DNA of 64,000 bases, taken from assembly GCA_043812915.1 (NCBI GenBank), contig JBDRLQ010000007.1:3502-67501 (forward strand). The letters are read 5' to 3'. Both the position numbers and the translations under genes were made by a program. A model generated the notes under the pieces. It was not told the DNA's origin. It was given only the letters and a program-made list of their open reading frames with translations, and did not search any database. Within the stretch, counting starts at the first letter, position 1. Every line of letters starts with the position of its first letter. The DNA comes from Candidatus Micrarchaeota archaeon (GTDB lineage: Archaea > Micrarchaeota > Micrarchaeia > Anstonellales > Bilamarchaeaceae). Positions 43,175 through 53,578 of this stretch are shown in pieces.

Positions 43175-44702
43175 CTGTTGCGGGAGCGGCCGTCCATGAA
43201 GTCCTTGGCCCTTTCTGATCCTTTTTCGCGCGCCTGTTCATCTTGCCGACTGCTATGGCGGTGGTCATGTTACGCGCGAAGTCGTACACCCCCACAACGT
43301 TAGTGCGGGCCCTGATTCCTTGAAATGGTTTCAGGGTTTTCAGCCTATCCCAGTCAGTCTCGAATCCGGCCAGCTCCAGGCTCCTTTGTTTCTGCTCAAC
43401 AGTCTCCAGCGCCTCTAGGAAGAACATCTCCGGAACACTCTTCCCGTCTTTCCTCAGTTCGGCAAGCTCATTCTTTTTCTCTGCGGAGAATCTCCTTATG
43501 TCACCGATGACGCTCTCGGGGAGCCCAAGCTGCACCACCCTCTCATTAAAGCTCATCCCATCCGGCCTGCACGCAATCAGTTCGGCAGCGGCGGCTATCT
43601 TTGCGTCTTTTGCTGGCATGCCATTGAGTATGATAAGCTCAGACATCCGATGCTGCATCCTCTCTTGGACAGAAGTTTTTACCTGGACTTCGTTTTCTCC
43701 CCTCAGGGCCTCCAGTTGCCGGCCTATCTCGCATATGTATCCCCTGAAGATGGAGTTGGCGTTGCGCTCTTCCTTCGGAAGCTCGGCTTCAAGCCTTTCA
43801 ACATCACCTTTTTTCACCCCGAATTTGTCCATGAACTCGCCAACCAGGTGGGCGCTTCCATTGAGCTTCTCAAGGAGCGGAACCACGAACGCAGGGTGCT
43901 GGCAGATGCTCATGTGCCAGTCGCCGAAAGCAAGAACACCATCCTTTGCCATCTTGTTGCGTATGCGCAGCAGGTATCCCGGGAATGAGTTATGGTGGAA
44001 AACCGCGTTTGACACCACAATGTCCAGGACATTTGGAGCCAGGAATGGAAGATGCATCGAGTCGCTCGATGTGATGACCTGGGAGCAGAGCCTCCTGATT
44101 TTATTGTTGATTGGGTGGTCTCCGAGGTTCTGCGATATGTCCCTCACCCTTTCCGGGGAAAGCTCCAGCATGTAGAAATTGCATCTTTCGGCCAGATGCT
44201 CCCTGCCATCCATCTCGTTCAGTATGGCAAGGCTGGTAGCCCCGGTCCCTGCGCCGATGTCACAGAGCGTGAAAATCCGCCCAGGCTCATTCTCATGCAT
44301 CGCGTCCAGGATATCCACGACCATTCCGGCTATCACGCCGTTGAGGAGCTCGTTACCGTCCCTGAGGCCGACCCTTGTTGTGGCCTTGCTGATTATACGA
44401 TTGTTCGTCTGGTCGCTTGTGAGCCACTCCCTCAGGATGGACTCCTCCGCCTTTTCCATGAGCCATTCGACATTCTGCGGGGTGACTCCTACGGTCCATG
44501 AGTGGAGCGCGTGCCAGACCACTCTTGCTATGCTGCCTGGCGGCATGGTCAGCTCATGCCCGATATCCGCAAGGAACCTGTCAAGCTCCTCCAGCTCGCC
44601 GATTGAGGTTCGCAGCCGCATATCAGGATGCGTCTCATAGCCGCTGCTGGCAAGTATTCGAAGGAACGAATCGATATCTGCCTGTCTGTTAACTGGCTGC
44701 AT
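43164..44702 (-). CDS. large class I SAM-dependent methyltransferase with N-terminal extension and internal insertion (function unknown)
   Basis: Motif I LCDIGAGTGATS, post-motif HHNSFPGYLLRIRNKMAKDGVL. Paralog of the upstream gene. SD GAGGTAGG. Confidence 0.75.
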   Translation of the reverse strand: MQPVNRQADIDSFLRILASSGYETHPDMRLRTSIGELEELDRFLADIGHELTMPPGSIARVVWHALHSWTVGVTPQNVEWLMEKAEESILREWLTSDQTNNRIISKATTRVGLRDGNELLNGVIAGMVVDILDAMHENEPGRIFTLCDIGAGTGATSLAILNEMDGREHLAERCNFYMLELSPERVRDISQNLGDHPINNKIRRLCSQVITSSDSMHLPFLAPNVLDIVVSNAVFHHNSFPGYLLRIRNKMAKDGVLAFGDWHMSICQHPAFVVPLLEKLNGSAHLVGEFMDKFGVKKGDVERLEAELPKEERNANSIFRGYICEIGRQLEALRGENEVQVKTSVQERMQHRMSELIILNGMPAKDAKIAAAAELIACRPDGMSFNERVVQLGLPESVIGDIRRFSAEKKNELAELRKDGKSVPEMFFLEALETVEQKQRSLELAGFETDWDRLKTLKPFQGIRARTNVVGVYDFARNMTTAIAVGKMNRRAKKDQKGPRTSWTAAPATVKS

Positions 44703-44706
44703 TTTC

Positions 44707-45858
44707 CTACCTCTGCCTCCTGGGTTTCATTGATGTTAGCACTACTGCGAAGTTGGAGTTTGCAATCTCCCTTCTGGGCCCAATAGGAAGCCTCGCCCCT
44801 GGGAATACCCGGGCGATTTCTTGCATGTCAACTTCGAATCCGGCCTCTTTCATCTGGCACATCCTTTCCAGTACCGTTACGTGGCCACCCAGGAAATATC
44901 TCCTGATTTTCGGCGCTCCAGGCCTTTTCATCTTCTTTCCTATCTCATTCCAGTATCCAAGATGCTGAACTGTTGCCATCTGCTCCGAAGTGATGCCGCT
45001 TGGGTTGCTGCCCGAAGGCAGCCGCTTCTCTTCCGCATCCGTAATCCCGAAGAACCTCCTATACTCCAGGCATCGCCTCTCATTCGCCTGCAGGTTCCTG
45101 AGCATCAGCAGCCCGTATTCCGGGTCGCTCCAGGCGTCCGAGAACCAATCGGCGTCGATGACCAGGCCGCCGGGCTTGAGAACGCGATTGAGTTCCCTCA
45201 TATAGTCAGGAAATGGATTATGGTGCCCTGAAGAGAGCATTACCAGCAGGTCGATTGATTCATCCGGCACTTTCGCGATGAGCCCTTCACAGTCCACGTC
45301 CCTGTCTTTGCTGGTCCCGGTTATCGTCGATATGTTCAACTTCTGGAATCCCAGGCTGGTGTTCGCAATGCCAGCCCTCATTGAAGATGGTTCGATAAGG
45401 TGGAAAGTTGTCCTCTCCAGAATCCCGCGCCCGTCATGCGGAAAGCTGATTTTCCCAGCGACAGAGCTCGTTGCCTTGCCGTCCCTGGCTCCAAAATCAA
45501 GGATATCGAATCTCCTCTTTCCATCATCAAGGAACCGGACAACGCCATCAACTATTTTGCCAACCGTGTACGCCATTCTCGCTTCCGCGGTTTGCCGAAT
45601 CTCTGTCGAGAGGATCTCATCCACGTCTGTCGGATCGACCCTCTCAAGCTCGCGGTCATCCTTTCTTCCGAAATAGCGCCCCCTCTCCTTTATGGCTTCC
45701 CGGTTTTCGGGGGTTATTCCGATGCCCCACCTGTGCATCTTCAGGCAGCTGATTTTTGTCAGGCTGCCCGGGACAAGCCTGACTGGGAGGCCCTTGGTAA
45801 TCTCCCAGAACTCCTCGTCTCGTTCCGTAATCTCATTTATTGAAGTAGCGTTTTTCAT
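44707..45858 (-). CDS. class I SAM-dependent methyltransferase, paralog of 43164-44702 (function unknown)
   Basis: Motif I ILDFGARDGKATS, HHNPFPDYMRELNRVLKPGGLV, shared N-terminal H.W..G.TP.N block. Start MKNATSINE chosen. Confidence 0.75.
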   Translation of the reverse strand: MKNATSINEITERDEEFWEITKGLPVRLVPGSLTKISCLKMHRWGIGITPENREAIKERGRYFGRKDDRELERVDPTDVDEILSTEIRQTAEARMAYTVGKIVDGVVRFLDDGKRRFDILDFGARDGKATSSVAGKISFPHDGRGILERTTFHLIEPSSMRAGIANTSLGFQKLNISTITGTSKDRDVDCEGLIAKVPDESIDLLVMLSSGHHNPFPDYMRELNRVLKPGGLVIDADWFSDAWSDPEYGLLMLRNLQANERRCLEYRRFFGITDAEEKRLPSGSNPSGITSEQMATVQHLGYWNEIGKKMKRPGAPKIRRYFLGGHVTVLERMCQMKEAGFEVDMQEIARVFPGARLPIGPRREIANSNFAVVLTSMKPRRQR

Positions 45859-45943
45859 GAATACACCTATCCGCCTAAACCATATACTTATAATAACAAA
45901 CATTTTAAAATGGTGTGTGAAATCATCGGAAAATGTAAAAATT

Positions 45944-46636
45944 ATGTGCAAAAGCAGCGATGGCAAAATCTCCTTCTATACCGACGGCAGTTTCATATAC
46001 GCGGATAAGGATGGCGAGACCTTCCGCCTTGCGCTATTCGACAACGGATTCTACAGGCTCAGGCTCTGGAACGATGTCCCAATCCTGGAAGTTGACGGCC
46101 TGAGGATGCACCTTGTCAAGGACTTTGCCAGTCCCTTTGATTACTCGAAGGAGGTCGCATCCGCGCTCAAGGTGAAATCAGGGGATAATGTCCTGGATAC
46201 CTGCATGGGACTTGGCTACACTTCGATGGCCGCCGGAAAGAAGGTGAAAGCAGTCACCACCTGCGAATACAGCGACGCTGTCTACACCCTTGCCAGCTGG
46301 AACCCATTCAGCGAAGAGTTATTTTCAGACAAGAAGTATACAATCCTGAGGGGCGACATATTCGAGAAGATAAAGGAGCTTCCGGACGATTCCTTCGATG
46401 TAATAATACACGATCCGCCAAGGTTCTCCAAGGCAGGCAATCTATATTCAGAGGAATTCTACAGGGAGCTCTGGAGGGTGGCCGCCCCCGGCGCCAGGCT
46501 ATACCATTATGTCGGCACAGTCGGGAAAAGGACTGGCAGGAAGATAGAGCAGGAAGTGGAGAAAAGGCTGAAAATGGCAGAATTCAAGAAAATTAAATAC
46601 AACAGGAGGCTTCAGGGCCTCCTGTTCGAATTATAA
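45944..46636 (+). CDS. SAM-dependent methyltransferase with HDPPRF motif (predicted archaeal methyltransferase, COG2521-like)
   Basis: VLDTCMGLGYTSMAA (motif I), IIHDPPRFSKAGNLYSEEFY (motif IV). The start is uncertain: ATG 45944, or the in-frame GTG at 45917. Confidence 0.75.
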   Translation: MCKSSDGKISFYTDGSFIYADKDGETFRLALFDNGFYRLRLWNDVPILEVDGLRMHLVKDFASPFDYSKEVASALKVKSGDNVLDTCMGLGYTSMAAGKKVKAVTTCEYSDAVYTLASWNPFSEELFSDKKYTILRGDIFEKIKELPDDSFDVIIHDPPRFSKAGNLYSEEFYRELWRVAAPGARLYHYVGTVGKRTGRKIEQEVEKRLKMAEFKKIKYNRRLQGLLFEL

Positions 46637-46647
46637 AAAGAAAAAAT

Positions 46648-48840
46648 TCACTCCATGAAGAACTGCGGAGTGGGCGGCTCTGGCCTCTCGCCTTTCCTTT
46701 CGCGAATCTGGGCGACCACTTTGGGGACGATGTCCCTTGGGACCGGCCAGTACCCGGCATATTCCTGGTACCAGATTGCCCTTCCCTGGGTAACTCCGCG
46801 CAGGTCGTTCGCGAATCCGAACATCTCGCCAACAGGGAGGAGCGTTGTGATGACTGCGTTCTCCCCCTCCTGCTCCATGCCCTCAAGCTGGCCTCTCCTT
46901 CCGTTGGTGAGCGTAATAACGTCACCGGAGTACTCCTGCAGGGTGTTGATGAGCACTTTCTGCCTCGGCTCAATGAGCGTCACCCCTCCTGTTAGCAAGG
47001 CGGCATAAATCGGCCTTCTCACAGCGGGCAGCATCTGCGCGGGCCCCCTGTGGATGTTGTCCTCGTGCAGAGTGGCATCGACAAGGGTGACCTTCACCCC
47101 TGTCATCTTCTCCTTTGCCAGCGGGCCTGCGTTCAGGCACTCCTCGAATCCCTGAATCATCAGCTCCTCGACTTCATTGAGGTACTGGATGCCCTTGGTC
47201 GCGTTCACGAAGATGCTGGAGTTGTAAATGTCGTAAATCTTCCTGGCCTCGTCACGGTCCATGCCGAGCTCGACAAGCTTTTCCCACACCTCTCTTCCCT
47301 TTGGCCTTCCAGCGGGAATATCTCCGCTGTCCAGTGCTTTCTTGAGCTCATCGCTCAGAGGCTCCACAGTGAACTTGAGCTTGTTGTGCTTGTTCGGCGA
47401 CTTGCCCTCAATCGGGCCTGCAGGGCCGATAAGGGCCTCCTGGTACACGACAATCGGAGGAGAAGTGATAATCGGAATCTTCTTCTCGTTCTTTATCTTG
47501 TACTCGATGATTTCCAGGTGCAGCTCGCCGTTTCCGGATACCAGGTGCTCACCTGTCTCCTGGTTGAGGTGGACCTTGATTGTCGGATCCTCCTTCGAGA
47601 TGCTCCTCAAAGCCTCGATGAGTTTCGGCAGGTCCTTCTGCTCCTTCACTTCAATCGACTTGGTGATGACCGGCTCTGAGTAGTGCTTTATTGACTCGAA
47701 CGGCTCAATCGGGTCTGTTGAAAGCGTCTCACCGACATATACGTCCTTCAGGCCGACTATTGCTCCGATGTTGCCCGCGCTTACCCGTTCTGCCTGAACC
47801 CTGTCCGGGCCCATGAAGATACCGACCTGCTGTGCCTTTGCCTTGATTTTCTTGGAAGCGATATAGAGCTCGGTGCTCTTCTGGACAGTCCCGGAGAACA
47901 TGCGGACGACTGCGACTTCTCCAGCATGCTCGTCATAGACCACACCGAAGCAGACACCGACCGCCTTTCCATTCTTGTCACATGCCCTCATGCTCTTTCC
48001 TTCTTCCGACTCCTGGTCCCCGTTCTTCCAGAGCACTTCGGTCCTGTACTGCTGCGCGTTCTTTGGAGAGGGCAGGTGCGTGATAATCATCTCGAGCAGC
48101 ACCTCGTCAAGGGGGCTCCTCTCCACAAGCCACTTGTGGTCTTCCGCCGCGCACCGGTCGTAAATCTCCTTGAACGATATGTTGAACTTGGTCATGGACT
48201 TGACCGAAATGGCCCACTTGTGGTAGGCGGTACCAAAGGCGACGTTGCCCTTGGCCACCCCGATTGCCCATTCCTCTGCCTTTTCCTTAGGCGCGTTCGC
48301 GCGGATAATCTTATTGACCTGGTTGATTACCTTGACGAATCTCTCCTGCATGGCGGTCGCGTCAAGCTTCATCTCATTAATCAGCCGGTCCACCTTGTTG
48401 ATGAAGATGACTGGTTTTGCCCTCTCCTTCAGAGCCTGCCTAAGATTGGTCTCTGTCTGGGGCATAACTCCCTCGACAGCGTCCACAACGAGGCAGACGC
48501 CGTCAACCGCGCGCATGGCGCGCACCACGTGGAAACCGAAGTCCACGTGCCCTGGAGTGTCAATCAGGTTAATAAGGTAGTCCTTGCCCTCATGCTTGAA
48601 TCCAAGCGAGATGTTCGCGGACTTGATTGTGATTCCTCTCTGCTGCTCCTGTTCGTCGAAGTCGGTCCATCTCTGGGCTCCTGCGAGCTCCTTCGAGATC
48701 AGTCCTGCCCTTGCGACGAGGGAGTCTGTCATCGTGGTCTTACCATGGTCAACGTGCGCTACGATAGCCACGTTACGGACAAAATCCGTGTTGTCCATCA
48801 GCTTCTGCACTTCCTCAACTACAGCTTCCTTTCTAGCCAT
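46648..48840 (-). CDS. fusA: translation elongation factor 2 (aEF-2)
   Basis: AHVDHGKTT, DTPGHVDF, NKVDR. Diphthamide-loop region HEDNIHRGPAQ. SD GGTGAA before MARKEAVV. Confidence 0.95.
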   Translation of the reverse strand: MARKEAVVEEVQKLMDNTDFVRNVAIVAHVDHGKTTMTDSLVARAGLISKELAGAQRWTDFDEQEQQRGITIKSANISLGFKHEGKDYLINLIDTPGHVDFGFHVVRAMRAVDGVCLVVDAVEGVMPQTETNLRQALKERAKPVIFINKVDRLINEMKLDATAMQERFVKVINQVNKIIRANAPKEKAEEWAIGVAKGNVAFGTAYHKWAISVKSMTKFNISFKEIYDRCAAEDHKWLVERSPLDEVLLEMIITHLPSPKNAQQYRTEVLWKNGDQESEEGKSMRACDKNGKAVGVCFGVVYDEHAGEVAVVRMFSGTVQKSTELYIASKKIKAKAQQVGIFMGPDRVQAERVSAGNIGAIVGLKDVYVGETLSTDPIEPFESIKHYSEPVITKSIEVKEQKDLPKLIEALRSISKEDPTIKVHLNQETGEHLVSGNGELHLEIIEYKIKNEKKIPIITSPPIVVYQEALIGPAGPIEGKSPNKHNKLKFTVEPLSDELKKALDSGDIPAGRPKGREVWEKLVELGMDRDEARKIYDIYNSSIFVNATKGIQYLNEVEELMIQGFEECLNAGPLAKEKMTGVKVTLVDATLHEDNIHRGPAQMLPAVRRPIYAALLTGGVTLIEPRQKVLINTLQEYSGDVITLTNGRRGQLEGMEQEGENAVITTLLPVGEMFGFANDLRGVTQGRAIWYQEYAGYWPVPRDIVPKVVAQIRERKGERPEPPTPQFFME

Positions 48841-48942
48841 AAATTTCACCGAATAAAGAGACGTAAAACTCTTCCTCTTAGCTTCCAATTTGGAGAGAAA
48901 CTAATATAAAGATATGGCGGCGGATTACCGCCCTAAAATCCA

Positions 48943-50184
48943 CTATGCGGCCTGCATAATGCCCTCTGGCGCCTGGCCCGGGGCTCCCCGGTATATCAGG
49001 GAGGCATTCAACAAAATCCTGCCATTCCAGCGGGGGTTCCTGAGCGTGCTTCCGATTTCCCTGAGGCCTGCCGCGATCTCATACGCTTCCCGGTGCATCC
49101 CATCTCGGTAGAGCTCAAGCGCGGTCTTGAGTATCCATTCCTCCTGGGCGAGCACTATGCCATTGAACCTGTCGTCCTGGGCGCACATCTGCCTTGCATT
49201 ATCAAGGGTCTCAAGAACCGCCACGAACCCGTTATCCAGCATCCTCTTCCGGTCGCCGGTCATCTCAAACAGGCTGGCAGCTTCCCTGTGCTTGCCCGAC
49301 ATCGCAGCCGCCTCGGCTATCTCATGCACTTCGACTGCCATGTTGAAACCAAGCAGATGCTCTCCGGCCTCAAGGAATCTACCTCCCCTCAGCATTTCCG
49401 AAGCGCTTTCCATAGCCTCCGCCTTCCTGCATTTCGCCTCTGCCCCGCAGAGCCTGATTAGCCCATAGAGCTCTGCCGCAAGGCCAAACCTCTCGGCCCC
49501 CTCGCAGATTTCAGCCAGCTGGAACACGTGATGCTTCTTCCTCTGGAATCTCATCTCCCTTGCATATTCTAGTATTTCCTCATCCTTGAAGTCTGCCAGC
49601 AGCTTTGGGTTGGGCTGCTTGTACATCTCATTGTATTTCACAACCCCCCGAAGGCCAGAGTTCCACCTGACGACGTTCACCGCCATTTCGTGGTTCCCTT
49701 CGGATTGGAGCCTGTCCACCAGGCCGAAGAATGCATCCTCGTTCCTGGTTAACATATAGACGTTTGCAGCATCCCTGGAATTCCCACGCTGCTCGAAATC
49801 GAATCCGACCATGGCCGCTTCCTGCACCCAGCCCATCTCAATGAATATCGCGACTGCCTGCAAATCCAGCATGTCGGCTTCTAAGGGGTCCATATTCGTG
49901 CCATCCTCGCGAATAAGGGCGGCCTGCTTCCTAAGTTCGAGCGCCTCCACCTTCATCTTCCTGTAATCCTCTGCGCGCTCCCCGCCTCCATTGCGCGTTG
50001 GCAAAGACCAGAGGCCAGAATCCAGATTCACCCTCTGCTTGCTAACCTGCGGCCTGCTTATCCTGTCTGGCTCCGGCTTCCTCCTGAAGACTGAGGCTAC
50101 TGCGCTAATCATGCCCTTGATTGTGATGGGTGTTGTGAGTATCTCCTTTGCTTTCTGCATCCTGGTTCTCTGGATTGTCTGCAT
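48943..50184 (-). CDS. alpha-helical repeat (TPR-like?) protein, hypothetical
   Basis: Long ORF rich in paired helices (A/E/L/R-rich). No catalytic motif recognised. Confidence 0.55.
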   Translation of the reverse strand: MQTIQRTRMQKAKEILTTPITIKGMISAVASVFRRKPEPDRISRPQVSKQRVNLDSGLWSLPTRNGGGERAEDYRKMKVEALELRKQAALIREDGTNMDPLEADMLDLQAVAIFIEMGWVQEAAMVGFDFEQRGNSRDAANVYMLTRNEDAFFGLVDRLQSEGNHEMAVNVVRWNSGLRGVVKYNEMYKQPNPKLLADFKDEEILEYAREMRFQRKKHHVFQLAEICEGAERFGLAAELYGLIRLCGAEAKCRKAEAMESASEMLRGGRFLEAGEHLLGFNMAVEVHEIAEAAAMSGKHREAASLFEMTGDRKRMLDNGFVAVLETLDNARQMCAQDDRFNGIVLAQEEWILKTALELYRDGMHREAYEIAAGLREIGSTLRNPRWNGRILLNASLIYRGAPGQAPEGIMQAA

Positions 50185-50399
50185 GTGGTCACCTGTAACT
50201 TTTCCGGGTGATTACAATAATTGCATTGTTTAAATATTTTTCGCCCGGCCCGGAACCCCCAACCGGTTCATCTGAAAGCAAAAAACCCTACGCTTTTTGC
50301 CGAAGTGGGGTTAAACTAATGTCATGTTTTTAAACCCTATCCATAAACTTATCCTCAAACTTTTTCCAATGAAAAAACCATGCAGAAAGAGTGGTATCA

Positions 50400-52313
50400 A
50401 TGGCGTCAGTAACTGAAAAAATACTGAAGGAACATATTGTGGAAGGGGAATGGAAGACGGGAGAGGAAATAGGAATCAAAATAGACCAGACCCTCACCCA
50501 GGATGCGACAGGAACGATGGCGTACCTCGAATTCGAGGCGATGGGCAAGCCCAAGGTGGATACCGAGCTGTCAGTTTCCTATGTCGACCACAATATGCTG
50601 CAGACCGACTTCAAGAACGCGGATGACCATGATTATCTGAAAACGGTCGCGGCCAAATACGGCGTATTATATTCAAGGGCGGGAAACGGGATCTGCCACC
50701 AGGTGCACCTTGAGAGGTTCGCCAGGCCCGGAAAGACCCTGCTCGGCTCCGACTCGCACACCCCGACGGCAGGGGGCATGGGCGAAATCGCGATAGGTGC
50801 GGGGGGCCTTGATGTCGCTGTCGCAATGGGCGGGGGGAGATTCTATCTTAATACCCCCAAAGTAGTCGGGGTGAAACTCAGCGGAAAGCTCAGGCCATGG
50901 GTTTCCGCCAAGGATGTGATACTTGAGATGCTCAGGAGGCTTGATGTCAAGGGCGGAGTGGGGAAGGTCTTCGAATACTTCGGCCCGGGCGCCGAGACCC
51001 TGAGTGTCCCTGAGCGGGCGACCATCACCAACATGGGTGCGGAGCTGGGCGCCACAACCTCAATTTTCCCATCGGATGCTATCACAAAGAGATACCTGGA
51101 GAGCCAGGATAGGGGCGGCCAGTTCGTTGAGATCAAAGGAGATTCCGAATCTGATTATGACGAGATTATCGAACTTGATTTGGGCGCTGTGGAGCCCCTC
51201 GTCTCGAAGCCCTCCAGCCCTGGCAATGTGGGCACGGTAAAGGAGATGGAAGGCACTAAGGTGAACCAGGTTATTGTGGGCTCATGCACGAACTCTTCAT
51301 TCCGCGACCTGATGATTGTCGCCAAAGTCCTCAAGGGAAAGAAGGTGCACAAGGACGTCTCCTTCTGTGTCCTGCCAGGCTCAAGGCAGGTATACTCGAT
51401 GATTGCGAGGAACGGCGCTCTTGCTGACCTTATCGCCTCCGGGGCAAGAATTCTGGAATCGGCATGCGGGCCGTGCATCGGCATGGGGCAGGCCCCAAGG
51501 AGCGGGGGCGTAACTGTCCGCACGTTCAATCGGAACTTCAAGGGGCGCTGCGGCACGAAGGACGCTGATGCGTACCTCTGCAGCCCTGAGACTGCGGCCG
51601 CAATAGCGATAAACGGGGAATTCACCTCGCCTGACAAGCTCGGGCAGTTCCCGGTTATAGATGATGAGATGCCCGTGATTGACGATTCAATGATTGTGAA
51701 GCCGCCTGAAGATGGCTCGTCGGTTGAAATCAAGAGGGGCCCGAACATCAAGCCGCTCCCGGAGATGAAGGCTCTGGAGGATGAGATTTCCAGGGAAGTG
51801 CTGATAAAGGTCGGGGACAACATAACAACAGACCACATCATGCCCGCTGGCGCGCAGATACTTCCTCTAAGAAGCAACATCCCGGCGATCTCCGAGTTCG
51901 TGTTCTCACAGGTGGACAAGGAGTTCCCGGCGAGGGCGAAGGAGAAGAACGGCGGCTTCATAATCGGAGGGGAGAACTATGGCCAGGGTTCCAGCCGTGA
52001 GCACGCGGCAATCGCCCCACTATATCTTGGGGTAAAGGCGGTCATCGCAAAGAACTGGGCAAGAATACACAAGAGCAACCTTGTGAATTTCGGCATCGTC
52101 CCGCTCGATTTCGAGAATCCAGCCGACTACGACAGGATAGAGCAGGGGGATGTCCTTGAGATAAAGGGCCTTCGGGACGGGGTGAAGAATGGCCGAGTCA
52201 CGATAAAGGATGTCACAAAGGGCTTCGAGTTCAAGGCAAAGACCGAACTGTCCGAAAGGGCCGCTAACGTGCTGCTCGAAGGCGGAACGATTAATTTCAC
52301 AAAGAAAAAGTAA
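50400..52313 (+). CDS. acn: aconitate hydratase, ~640-aa 'Aquifex-type' aconitase
   Basis: [36 protein letters not shown] (cluster ligands), C-terminal swivel domain [14 protein letters not shown]. Confidence 0.9.
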   Translation: MASVTEKILKEHIVEGEWKTGEEIGIKIDQTLTQDATGTMAYLEFEAMGKPKVDTELSVSYVDHNMLQTDFKNADDHDYLKTVAAKYGVLYSRAGNGICHQVHLERFARPGKTLLGSDSHTPTAGGMGEIAIGAGGLDVAVAMGGGRFYLNTPKVVGVKLSGKLRPWVSAKDVILEMLRRLDVKGGVGKVFEYFGPGAETLSVPERATITNMGAELGATTSIFPSDAITKRYLESQDRGGQFVEIKGDSESDYDEIIELDLGAVEPLVSKPSSPGNVGTVKEMEGTKVNQVIVGSCTNSSFRDLMIVAKVLKGKKVHKDVSFCVLPGSRQVYSMIARNGALADLIASGARILESACGPCIGMGQAPRSGGVTVRTFNRNFKGRCGTKDADAYLCSPETAAAIAINGEFTSPDKLGQFPVIDDEMPVIDDSMIVKPPEDGSSVEIKRGPNIKPLPEMKALEDEISREVLIKVGDNITTDHIMPAGAQILPLRSNIPAISEFVFSQVDKEFPARAKEKNGGFIIGGENYGQGSSREHAAIAPLYLGVKAVIAKNWARIHKSNLVNFGIVPLDFENPADYDRIEQGDVLEIKGLRDGVKNGRVTIKDVTKGFEFKAKTELSERAANVLLEGGTINFTKKK

Positions 52314-52332
52314 TGATTTTGCAGGTGAAACT

Positions 52333-53559
52333 ATGGAAGAGAAAGGAGAGAAAATCAGGAAGGAAAATGGAAAGCTCGTTGTCCCGGACACCCCCATCAT
52401 CCCATACATAGAGGGGGATGGGGTGGGTATTGACATTACTCCTGTCATGATTAAGGTAGTCGATGCCGCGGTTGAGAAGGCATATGGCGGAGATAGGAAA
52501 ATCGCATGGAAGAAGATTTACGCCGGTCAGGAGGCAAAGGACAAGTTCGACAACTACCTGCCCGATGAAACCATCCAGGCAATCAAGGACCATTTAGTTG
52601 CAATCAAGGGCCCGCTCACAACTCCGGTGGGTGGCGGAATCAGGAGCCTGAATGTTACAATGCGCCAGGTGATGGACCTATATTCTTGCGTGAGGCCGGT
52701 CAAATGGTATGAAGGCACTCCGGCTCCGGTCAAGGAGCCGAACAAGCTCGATGTTGTAGTCTTCAGGGAAAACACTGAGGATGTATACGCCGGAATCGAA
52801 TGGAAGGAAGGAACAGAGGAATGCAAGAAGGTCATCAGCTTCCTGAACAACGAGATGGGGAAGGATGTGCGCCGGGATTCCGGAATCGGTGTGAAGCCTA
52901 TTTCAATTACCGGCACCAAGAGGCTGGTCGCCTCCGCAATCCAGTATGCCATTGACCACAACAGGCGCTCGGTCACCCTCGTCCACAAGGGCAATATCAT
53001 GAAGTTCACCGAAGGTGCTTTCAGGGAATGGGGATATCAGGTGGCCCAGGAGCAGTTCGGGGAGAGGACCGTGACGGAGAAGGAAGTTACTGAGAGCCAT
53101 GGCGGCAAGGTGCCGGATGGTAAAATCCTAATCAATGACAGGATTGCCGATGCCATGTTCCAGCAGGTGCTGCTCAGGCCCGATGAATATGATGTGATTG
53201 CGACCCCCAACCTGAACGGCGACTACATATCCGATGCGTGCGCTGCGCAGGTCGGAGGGCTTGGGATGGCGCCTGGCGCGAACATCAACTATACTACTGG
53301 TGTCGCCCTATTCGAGGCGACTCACGGAACCGCGCCAAAGCACGCCGGCCAGGACAAGGTCAACCCGGGCTCGCTCATCCTATCAGCAACCATGATGCTC
53401 CAGTACCTTGGATGGGAAGAGGCTGCGAAGCTGGTTGAGAAGGGGCTCGCCAAAGCAATCAGCTCAAAGAATGTCACCTATGACCTTGAGAGGCAGATTG
53501 AGGGGGCGAGGCTCCTCAAGTGCTCAGAATTCGGGGATGCGATAATCGGCAACATGTGA
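52333..53559 (+). CDS. icd: isocitrate dehydrogenase (NADP-type, prokaryotic homodimeric family)
   Basis: [72 protein letters not shown]. Confidence 0.9.
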   Translation: MEEKGEKIRKENGKLVVPDTPIIPYIEGDGVGIDITPVMIKVVDAAVEKAYGGDRKIAWKKIYAGQEAKDKFDNYLPDETIQAIKDHLVAIKGPLTTPVGGGIRSLNVTMRQVMDLYSCVRPVKWYEGTPAPVKEPNKLDVVVFRENTEDVYAGIEWKEGTEECKKVISFLNNEMGKDVRRDSGIGVKPISITGTKRLVASAIQYAIDHNRRSVTLVHKGNIMKFTEGAFREWGYQVAQEQFGERTVTEKEVTESHGGKVPDGKILINDRIADAMFQQVLLRPDEYDVIATPNLNGDYISDACAAQVGGLGMAPGANINYTTGVALFEATHGTAPKHAGQDKVNPGSLILSATMMLQYLGWEEAAKLVEKGLAKAISSKNVTYDLERQIEGARLLKCSEFGDAIIGNM

Positions 53560-53578
53560 AGACAAGGGGAGAAGAGCT

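Noticed and set aside
43355-43375. TCGAATCCGGCC strings (also at about 44828-44845) resembling tRNA T-arm sequence
   Set aside because: Both lie inside the paralogous methyltransferase CDSs, where they encode the shared AGFE segment. No acceptor, D or anticodon arms can be built around them.
47926-48909. 327-aa plus-strand ORF
   Set aside because: It is antisense to aEF-2, whose GTPase motifs are unambiguous. The composition is L/V/H/R-rich, typical of shadow frames.
50254-50312. Nested weak stem (AACCCC...GCAAAAA-N9-TTTTTGC...GGGGTT) between the divergent 50184 and acn starts, considered as a riboswitch or terminator
   Set aside because: It lies upstream of both putative TATA boxes, so it is probably not transcribed. 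The inner stem is AU-rich and weak. It may be a protein binding site, but the evidence is too thin to report.
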